In this document: positions 54,601 to 64,000 of the stretch, piece by piece | How the letters are laid out: each line of letters starts with the position of its first letter | Numbering within the stretch: position 1 is the stretch's first letter | DNA from: the human T2T-CHM13v2.0 reference genome, Homo sapiens | Strand: one strand, 5' to 3' | Length of the DNA stretch: 64,000 bases | NCBI RefSeq assembly: GCF_009914755.1 | Contig: NC_060942.1 | Position numbers and translations under genes: made by a program | The notes under the pieces: generated by a model | What the model was told of the DNA's origin: nothing | The model's database searches: none | What the model saw: only the letters and a program-made list of their open reading frames with translations

Positions 54601-57600
54601 GCTAGTTTTGAGGATTTCGTTGGAAGCGGGAATTCATACAAATTGCAGACTGCAGCGTTCTGAGAAACATCTTTGTGATGTTTGTATTCAGGACACAGAG
54701 TTGAACATTCCCTATCATAGAGCAGGTTGGAATCACTCCTTTTGTAGTATCTGGAAGTGGACATTTGGAGCGCTTTCAGGCCTATTTTGGAAAGGGAAAT
54801 ATCTTCCCGTAACAACTATGCAGAAGCATTCTCAGAAACTTGTTTGTGATGTGTGCCCTCTACTGACAGAGTTGAACCTTTCTTTTCATAGAGCAGTTTT
54901 GAAACACTCTTTTTGTAGAATCTGCAAGAGGATATTTGCATAGCTTTGAGGATTTCGTGGGAAACGGGATTGTCTTCAGGTAAAATCTAGACAGAAGCAT
55001 TCTCAGAAACTTCTTTGGGATGTTTGCATTCAAGTCACAGAGTAGAACATTCCCTTTGGTAGAGCAGGTTTGAAACACTCTTTTTGTAGTATCTGGAAGT
55101 GGACATTTGGAGCGCTTTCAGGCCCATGTTGGAAAGGGAAATATCTTCCCGTAACAACTAGGCAGAAGCATTCTCAGAAACTTATTTGAGATGTGTGTAC
55201 TCAACTAAGAGAATTGAACCACCGTTTTGAAGGAGCAGTTTTGAAACACTCTTTTTCTGGAATCTGCAAGAGTATATTTGCCTAGCCTTGAGGATTTCGT
55301 TGGAAACGGGATTGTCTTCAGAGAAAATCTAGACAGAAGCATTCTCAGAAACTTCTTTGGGATGCTTGCATTCAAGTCACAGAGTAGAACATTCCCTTTG
55401 GTAGAGCAGGTTTGAAACACTCTTTTTGTAGTATCTGGAAGTGGACATTTGGAGCGCTTTCAGGCCTACGTTGGAAAAGGAAATATCTTCCCATAACAAC
55501 TAGACAGAAGCATTCTCAGAAACTAGTTTCTGATGTGTGTCCTCAACTAACACAGTTGAACATTTCTTTAGACAGAACAGTTTTGAAACACTCTTTTTGT
55601 GGAATCTGCAAGTGGCTATTTGGCTAGATTTGAGGATTTCGTTGGAAACGGGATTACATATAAAAAGCAGTCAGCGGCATTCTCAGAAAGTTCTTTGTGA
55701 TGATTGCATTCAAGTCACAGAATTGAACATTCCCTTTCACAGAGCAGGTTTGAAACACTCTTTTTGTAGTGTGTGTAAGTGGACATTTGGAGCACTTACC
55801 GGCCTAAGGTGAAAAAGGAAATATCTTCCCATAAAAACTAGACAGAAGCATTCTCAGAAACTTACTCGTGATGTGTGTCCTCAACTAAAGGAGTAGAACC
55901 TTTCTTTTCATAGAGAAGTTTTGAAACGCTCTTTTTGTGGAATCTGCAAGTGGATATTTGGCTAGTTTTGAGGATTTCGTTGGAAGCGGGAATTCATACA
56001 AATTGCAGACTGCAGCGTTCTGAGAAACATCTTTGTGATGTTTGTATTCAGGACACAGAGTTGAACATTCCCTATCATAGAGCAGGTTTGAATCACTCCT
56101 TTTGTAGTATCTGGAAGTGGACATTTGGAGCGCTTTCAGGCCTATGTTGGAAAAGGAAATATCTTCCCATAACAACTAGACAGAAGCATTCTCAGAAACT
56201 TATTTGAGATGTGTGTACTCAACTAAGAGAATTGAACCACCGTTTTGAAGGAGCAGTTTTGAAACTCTCTTTTTCTGGAATCTGCAAGTGGATATTTGGC
56301 TAGCTTTGGGGATTTCGCTGGAAGCGGGAATACATATAAAAAGCACACAGCAGCGTTCTGAGAAACTGCTTTCTGATGTTTGCATTCAAGTCAAAAGTTG
56401 AACACTCCCTTTCATAGAGCAGTCCTGAAACACCCCTTTTGTAGTATCTGGAACTGGACTTTTGGAGCGATTTCAGGGCTAAGGTGAAAAAGGAAATATC
56501 TTCCCATAAAAACTGGACAGAAGCATTCTCAGAAACTTGTTTATGCTGTATCTACTCAACTAACAAAGTTGAACCTTTCTTTTGATAGAGCAGTTTTGAA
56601 ATGGTCTTTTTGTGGAATCTGCAAGTGGATATTTGGCTAGTTTTGAGGATTTCGTTGGAAGCGGGAATTCATACAAATTGCAGACTGCAGCGTTCTGAGA
56701 AACATCTTTGTGATGTTTGTATTCAGGACACAGAGTTGAACATTCCCTATCATAGAGCAGGTTGGAATCACTCCTTTTGTAGTATCTGGAAGTGGACATT
56801 TGGAGCGCTTTCAGGCCTATTTTGGAAAGGGAAATATCTTCCCGTAACAACTATGCAGAAGCATTCTCAGAAACTTGTTTGTGATGTGTGCCCTCTACTG
56901 ACAGAGTTGAACCTTTCTTTTCATAGAGCAGTTTTGAAACACTCTTTTTGTAGAATCTGCAAGAGGATATTTGCATAGCTTTGAGGATTTCGTGGGAAAC
57001 GGGATTGTCTTCAGGTAAAATCTAGACAGAAGCATTCTCAGAAACTTCTTTGGGATGTTTGCATTCAAGTCACAGAGTAGAACATTCCCTTTGGTAGAGC
57101 AGGTTTGAAACACTCTTTTTGTAGTATCTGGAAGTGGACATTTGGAGCGCTTTCAGGCCCATGTTGGAAAGGGAAATATCTTCCCGTAACAACTAGGCAG
57201 AAGCATTCTCAGAAACTTATTTGAGATGTGTGTACTCAACTAAGAGAATTGAACCACCGTTTTGAAGGAGCAGTTTTGAAACACTCTTTTTCTGGAATCT
57301 GCAAGAGTATATTTGCCTAGCCTTGAGGATTTCGTTGGAAACGGGATTGTCTTCAGAGAAAATCTAGACAGAAGCATTCTCAGAAACTTCTTTGGGATGC
57401 TTGCATTCAAGTCACAGAGTAGAACATTCCCTTTGGTAGAGCAGGTTTGAAACACTCTTTTTGTAGTATCTGGAAGTGGACATTTGGAGCGCTTTCAGGC
57501 CTACGTTGGAAAAGGAAATATCTTCCCATAACAACTAGACAGAAGCATTCTCAGAAACTAGTTTCTGATGTGTGTCCTCAACTAACACAGTTGAACATTT

Positions 57601-60600
57601 CTTTAGACAGAACAGTTTTGAAACACTCTTTTTGTGGAATCTGCAAGTGGCTATTTGGCTAGATTTGAGGATTTCGTTGGAAACGGGATTACATATAAAA
57701 AGCAGTCAGCGGCATTCTCAGAAAGTTCTTTGTGATGATTGCATTCAAGTCACAGAATTGAACATTCCCTTTCACAGAGCAGGTTTGAAACACTCTTTTT
57801 GTAGTGTGTGTAAGTGGACATTTGGAGCACTTACCGGCCTAAGGTGAAAAAGGAAATATCTTCCCATAAAAACTAGACAGAAGCATTCTCAGAAACTTAC
57901 TCGTGATGTGTGTCCTCAACTAAAGGAGTAGAACCTTTCTTTTCATAGAGAAGTTTTGAAACGCTCTTTTTGTGGAATCTGCAAGTGGATATTTGGCTAG
58001 TTTTGAGGATTTCGTTGGAAGCGGGAATTCATACAAATTGCAGACTGCAGCGTTCTGAGAAACATCTTTGTGATGTTTGTATTCAGGACACAGAGTTGAA
58101 CATTCCCTATCATAGAGCAGGTTTGAATCACTCCTTTTGTAGTATCTGGAAGTGGACATTTGGAGCGCTTTCAGGCCTATGTTGGAAAAGGAAATATCTT
58201 CCCATAACAACTAGACAGAAGCATTCTCAGAAACTTATTTGAGATGTGTGTACTCAACTAAGAGAATTGAACCACCGTTTTGAAGGAGCAGTTTTGAAAC
58301 TCTCTTTTTCTGGAATCTGCAAGTGGATATTTGGCTAGCTTTGGGGATTTCGCTGGAAGCGGGAATACATATAAAAAGCACACAGCAGCGTTCTGAGAAA
58401 CTGCTTTCTGATGTTTGCATTCAAGTCAAAAGTTGAACACTCCCTTTCATAGAGCAGTCCTGAAACACCCCTTTTGTAGTATCTGGAACTGGACTTTTGG
58501 AGCGATTTCAGGGCTAAGGTGAAAAAGGAAATATCTTCCCATAAAAACTGGACAGAAGCATTCTCAGAAACTTGTTTATGCTGTATCTACTCAACTAACA
58601 AAGTTGAACCTTTCTTTTGATAGAGCAGTTTTGAAATGGTCTTTTTGTGGAATCTGCAAGTGGATATTTGGCTAGTTTTGAGGATTTCGTTGGAAGCGGG
58701 AATTCATACAAATTGCAGACTGCAGCGTTCTGAGAAACATCTTTGTGATGTTTGTATTCAGGACACAGAGTTGAACATTCCCTATCATAGAGCAGGTTGG
58801 AATCACTCCTTTTGTAGTATCTGGAAGTGGACATTTGGAGCGCTTTCAGGCCTATTTTGGAAAGGGAAATATCTTCCCGTAACAACTATGCAGAAGCATT
58901 CTCAGAAACTTGTTTGTGATGTGTGCCCTCTACTGACAGAGTTGAACCTTTCTTTTCATAGAGCAGTTTTGAAACACTCTTTTTGTAGAATCTGCAAGAG
59001 GATATTTGCATAGCTTTGAGGATTTCGTGGGAAACGGGATTGTCTTCAGGTAAAATCTAGACAGAAGCATTCTCAGAAACTTCTTTGGGATGTTTGCATT
59101 CAAGTCACAGAGTAGAACATTCCCTTTGGTAGAGCAGGTTTGAAACACTCTTTTTGTAGTATCTGGAAGTGGACATTTGGAGCGCTTTCAGGCCCATGTT
59201 GGAAAGGGAAATATCTTCCCGTAACAACTAGGCAGAAGCATTCTCAGAAACTTATTTGAGATGTGTGTACTCAACTAAGAGAATTGAACCACCGTTTTGA
59301 AGGAGCAGTTTTGAAACACTCTTTTTCTGGAATCTGCAAGAGTATATTTGCCTAGCCTTGAGGATTTCGTTGGAAACGGGATTGTCTTCAGAGAAAATCT
59401 AGACAGAAGCATTCTCAGAAACTTCTTTGGGATGCTTGCATTCAAGTCACAGAGTAGAACATTCCCTTTGGTAGAGCAGGTTTGAAACACTCTTTTTTTA
59501 GTATCTGGAAGTGGACATTTGGAGCGCTTTCAGGCCTACGTTGGAAAAGGAAATATCTTCCCATAACAACTAGACAGAAGCATTCTCAGAAACTAGTTTC
59601 TGATGTGTGTCCTCAACTAACACAGTTGAACATTTCTTTAGACAGAACAGTTTTGAAACACTCTTTTTGTGGAATCTGCAAGTGGCTATTTGGCTAGATT
59701 TGAGGATTTCGTTGGAAACGGGATTACATATAAAAAGCAGTCAGCGGCATTCTCAGAAAGTTCTTTGTGATGATTGCATTCAAGTCACAGAATTGAACAT
59801 TCCCTTTCACAGAGCAGGTTTGAAACACTCTTTTTGTAGTGTGTGTAAGTGGACATTTGGAGCACTTACCGGCCTAAGGTGAAAAAGGAAATATCTTCCC
59901 ATAAAAACTAGACAGAAGCATTCTCAGAAACTTACTCGTGATGTGTGTCCTCAACTAAAGGAGTAGAACCTTTCTTTTCATAGAGAAGTTTTGAAACGCT
60001 CTTTTTGTGGAATCTGCAAGTGGATATTTGGCTAGTTTTGAGGATTTCGTTGGAAGCGGGAATTCATACAAATTGCAGACTGCAGCGTTCTGAGAAACAT
60101 CTTTGTGATGTTTGTATTCAGGACACAGAGTTGAACATTCCCTATCATAGAGCAGGTTGGAATCACTCCTTTTGTAGTATCTGGAAGTGGACATTTGGAG
60201 CGCTTTCAGGCCTATGTTGGAAAAGGAAATATCTTCCCATAACAACTAGACAGAAGCATTCTCAGAAACTTATTTGAGATGTGTGTACTCAACTAAGAGA
60301 ATTGAACCACCGTTTTGAAGGAGCAGTTTTGAAACTCTCTTTTTCTGGAATCTGCAAGTGGATATTTGGCTAGCTTTGGGGATTTCGCTGGAAGCGGGAA
60401 TACATATAAAAAGCACACAGCAGCGTTCTGAGAAACTGCTTTCTGATGTTTGCATTCAAGTCAAAAGTTGAACACTCCCTTTCATAGAGCAGTCCTGAAA
60501 CACCCCTTTTGTAGTATCTGGAACTGGACTTTTGGAGCGATTTCAGGGCTAAGGTGAAAAAGGAAATATCTTCCCATAAAAACTGGACAGAAGCATTCTC

Positions 60601-63600
60601 AGAAACTTGTTTATGCTGTATCTACTCAACTAACAAAGTTGAACCTTTCTTTTGATAGAGCAGTTTTGAAATGGTCTTTTTGTGGAATCTGCAAGTGGAT
60701 ATTTGGCTAGTTTTGAGGATTTCGTTGGAAGCGGGAATTCATACAAATTGCAGACTGCAGCGTTCTGAGAAACATCTTTGTGATGTTTGTATTCAGGACA
60801 CAGAGTTGAACATTCCCTATCATAGAGCAGGTTGGAATCACTCCTTTTGTAGTATCTGGAAGTGGACATTTGGAGCGCTTTCAGGCCTATTTTGGAAAGG
60901 GAAATATCTTCCCGTAACAACTATGCAGAAGCATTCTCAGAAACTTGTTTGTGATGTGTGCCCTCTACTGACAGAGTTGAACCTTTCTTTTCATAGAGCA
61001 GTTTTGAAACACTCTTTTTGTAGAATCTGCAAGAGGATATTTGCATAGCTTTGAGGATTTCGTGGGAAACGGGATTGTCTTCAGGTAAAATCTAGACAGA
61101 AGCATTCTCAGAAACTTCTTTGGGATGTTTGCATTCAAGTCACAGAGTAGAACATTCCCTTTGGTAGAGCAGGTTTGAAACACTCTTTTTGTAGTATCTG
61201 GAAGTGGACATTTGGAGCGCTTTCAGGCCCATGTTGGAAAGGGAAATATCTTCCCGTAACAACTAGGCAGAAGCATTCTCAGAAACTTATTTGAGATGTG
61301 TGTACTCAACTAAGAGAATTGAACCACCGTTTTGAAGGAGCAGTTTTGAAACACTCTTTTTCTGGAATCTGCAAGAGTATATTTGCCTAGCCTTGAGGAT
61401 TTCGTTGGAAACGGGATTGTCTTCAGAGAAAATCTAGACAGAAGCATTCTCAGAAACTTCTTTGGGATGCTTGCATTCAAGTCACAGAGTAGAACATTCC
61501 CTTTGGTAGAGCAGGTTTGAAACACTCTTTTTGTAGTATCTGGAAGTGGACATTTGGAGCGCTTTCAGGCCTACGTTGGAAAAGGAAATATCTTCCCATA
61601 ACAACTAGACAGAAGCATTCTCAGAAACTAGTTTCTGATGTGTGTCCTCAACTAACACAGTTGAACATTTCTTTAGACAGAACAGTTTTGAAACACTCTT
61701 TTTGTGGAATCTGCAAGTGGCTATTTGGCTAGATTTGAGGATTTCGTTGGAAACGGGATTACATATAAAAAGCAGTCAGCGGCATTCTCAGAAAGTTCTT
61801 TGTGATGATTGCATTCAAGTCACAGAATTGAACATTCCCTTTCACAGAGCAGGTTTGAAACACTCTTTTTGTAGTGTGTGTAAGTGGACATTTGGAGCAC
61901 GTACCGGCCTAAGGTGAAAAAGGAAATATCTTCCCATAAAAACTAGACAGAAGCATTCTCAGAAACTTACTCGTGATGTGTGTCCTCAACTAAAGGAGTA
62001 GAACCTTTCTTTTCATAGAGAAGTTTTGAAACGCTCTTTTTGTGGAATCTGCAAGTGGATATTTGGCTAGTTTTGAGGATTTCGTTGGAAGCGGGAATTC
62101 ATACAAATTGCAGACTGCAGCGTTCTGAGAAACATCTTTGTGATGTTTGTATTCAGGACACAGAGTTGAACATTCCCTATCATAGAGCAGGTTTGAATCA
62201 CTCCTTTTGTAGTATCTGGAAGTGGACATTTGGAGCGCTTTCAGGCCTATGTTGGAAAAGGAAATATCTTCCCATAACAACTAGACAGAAGCATTCTCAG
62301 AAACTTATTTGAGATGTGTGTACTCAACTAAGAGAATTGAACCACCGTTTTGAAGGAGCAGTTTTGAAACTCTCTTTTTCTGGAATCTGCAAGTGGATAT
62401 TTGGCTAGCTTTGGGGATTTCGCTGGAAGCGGGAATACATATAAAAAGCACACAGCAGCGTTCTGAGAAACTGCTTTCTGATGTTTGCATTCAAGTCAAA
62501 AGTTGAACACTCCCTTTCATAGAGCAGTCCTGAAACACCCCTTTTGTAGTATCTGGAACTGGACTTTTGGAGCGATTTCAGGGCTAAGGTGAAAAAGGAA
62601 ATATCTTCCCATAAAAACTGGACAGAAGCATTCTCAGAAACTTGTTTATGCTGTATCTACTCAACTAACAAAGTTGAACCTTTCTTTTGATAGAGCAGTT
62701 TTGAAATGGTCTTTTTGTGGAATCTGCAAGTGGATATTTGGCTAGTTTTGAGGATTTCGTTGGAAGCGGGAATTCATACAAATTGCAGACTGCAGCGTTC
62801 TGAGAAACATCTTTGTGATGTTTGTATTCAGGACACAGAGTTGAACATTCCCTATCATAGAGCAGGTTGGAATCACTCCTTTTGTAGTATCTGGAAGTGG
62901 ACATTTGGAGCGCTTTCAGGCCTATTTTGGAAAGGGAAATATCTTCCCGTAACAACTATGCAGAAGCATTCTCAGAAACTTGTTTGTGATGTGTGCCCTC
63001 TACTGACAGAGTTGAACCTTTCTTTTCATAGAGCAGTTTTGAAACACTCTTTTTGTAGAATCTGCAAGAGGATATTTGCATAGCTTTGAGGATTTCGTGG
63101 GAAACGGGATTGTCTTCAGGTAAAATCTAGACAGAAGCATTCTCAGAAACTTCTTTGGGATGTTTGCATTCAAGTCACAGAGTAGAACATTCCCTTTGGT
63201 AGAGCAGGTTTGAAACACTCTTTTTGTAGTATCTGGAAGTGGACATTTGGAGCGCTTTCAGGCCCATGTTGGAAAGGGAAATATCTTCCCGTAACAACTA
63301 GGCAGAAGCATTCTCAGAAACTTATTTGAGATGTGTGTACTCAACTAAGAGAATTGAACCACCGTTTTGAAGGAGCAGTTTTGAAACACTCTTTTTCTGG
63401 AATCTGCAAGAGTATATTTGCCTAGCCTTGAGGATTTCGTTGGAAACGGGATTGTCTTCAGAGAAAATCTAGACAGAAGCATTCTCAGAAACTTCTTTGG
63501 GATGCTTGCATTCAAGTCACAGAGTAGAACATTCCCTTTGGTAGAGCAGGTTTGAAACACTCTTTTTGTAGTATCTGGAAGTGGACATTTGGAGCGCTTT

Positions 63601-64000
63601 CAGGCCTACGTTGGAAAAGGAAATATCTTCCCATAACAACTAGACAGAAGCATTCTCAGAAACTAGTTTCTGATGTGTGTCCTCAACTAACACAGTTGAA
63701 CATTTCTTTAGACAGAACAGTTTTGAAACACTCTTTTTGTGGAATCTGCAAGTGGCTATTTGGCTAGATTTGAGGATTTCGTTGGAAACGGGATTACATA
63801 TAAAAAGCAGTCAGCGGCATTCTCAGAAAGTTCTTTGTGATGATTGCATTCAAGTCACAGAATTGAACATTCCCTTTCACAGAGCAGGTTTGAAACACTC
63901 TTTTTGTAGTGTGTGTAAGTGGACATTTGGAGCACTTACCGGCCTAAGGTGAAAAAGGAAATATCTTCCCATAAAAACTAGACAGAAGCATTCTCAGAAA
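36618..64000 (+). repeat. Homogeneous block of 13 complete 12-mer HORs plus a partial (U18-U31) sharing one SNV haplotype
   Basis: All copies carry GATGCTTG (HOR position 430) and CAGCGGC (741); complete copies also carry AAACTCTC (1331), GTCCTG (1490) and CTTGTTT (1605). Units are 2035 or 2036 bp. Confidence 0.95.

Larger units (their letters stand above)
1..64000 (+). repeat. Centromeric alpha-satellite higher-order repeat array, dimeric (SF2-like) 12-mer HOR of 2035 bp; about 377 monomers, 30 complete HOR copies plus one partial
   Basis: Seen: monomers beginning CATTCTCAGAAA or CGTTCTGAGAAA recur at 63, 234, 405, 576, 743, 914, 1081, 1252, 1419, 1589, 1756, 1927, 2098 (lengths 171,171,171,167,171,167,171,167,170,167,171,171, sum 2035). 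The ORF track repeats with a 2035-bp period (602, 2637, 4672...). A CENP-B box occurs in every second monomer. Copies differ by only a handful of SNVs. No inversion or insertion seen. Confidence 0.99.
1..64000 (+). repeat. D18Z1: Probable identity: human chromosome 18 active centromeric array D18Z1 (S2C18H1L)
   Basis: Inference from established knowledge. D18Z1 is the SF2 live array with a 12-monomer HOR, classically described by ~0.68 and ~1.36 kb EcoRI fragments. Here GAATTC lies at 1055, 1730 and 3090, giving 675 and 1360 bp. DXZ1 is also a 12-mer but is pentamer-based (SF3, ~2057 bp). Not confirmed by alignment. Confidence 0.85.

Noticed and set aside
270-63952. Hundreds of 61-125 aa ORFs on both strands
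   Set aside because: They recur with the satellite period, overlap in opposite frames, often start at TTG or GTG, are opened and closed by single SNVs, and resemble no protein family I recognise. They are chance ORFs of alpha satellite.
1-64000. CRISPR-like appearance (conserved AGACAGAAGCATTCTCAGAAACT every ~170 bp)
   Set aside because: The intervening sequences are ~150 bp, homologous to each other and repeat every 12 monomers. There are no unique spacers and no cas genes.
1-64000. Transposon insertion, inversion or non-satellite island
   Set aside because: Unit spacing is fully explained by 2035 bp, +675 bp and 1-2 bp indels, and all monomers share one orientation. There is no room for foreign sequence.
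1-64000. A previously undescribed biological system
   Set aside because: Everything is explained by a known class of centromeric HOR array and its recombination history. Specific variants may be unreported, but I cannot establish novelty without database comparison.

Overview
The whole 64 kb window is one uninterrupted, single-orientation array of primate (almost certainly human) centromeric alpha-satellite DNA. It contains no genes, transposons or CRISPR arrays, and every ORF in the supplied track is a spurious product of the repeat. Monomers of 167-171 bp alternate between a CENP-B-box type and a box-less (pJ-alpha-like) type, which is a dimeric, SF2-like organisation. Twelve monomers form a 2035-bp higher-order repeat (HOR). 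The 12-mer length and the EcoRI spacing of 675 + 1360 bp fit the active chromosome 18 array D18Z1 (S2C18H1L); this assignment is from recall and needs an alignment. Phased to base 1, I count 30 complete HOR copies plus a partial one, with starts U1-U31 = 1, 2036, 4071, 6106, 8141, 10176, 12211, 14246, 16281, 18316, 21026, 23059, 25094, 27129, 29163, 31873, 33908, 36618, 38654, 40689, 42725, 44760, 46796, 48831, 50866, 52901, 54936, 56971, 59006, 61041, 63076. Twenty-seven are 12-mers. Three (U10, U15, U17) are 2710-bp 16-mer variants carrying a 675-bp internal duplication. Diagnostic SNVs show further structure: 10,175-bp, 10,847-bp and 4,071-bp super-periods, and a sharp switch near 35.6-37.0 kb from a mosaic left block to a nearly homogeneous right block. 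I did not find a new biological system; the interest lies in the readable record of satellite recombination and expansion.
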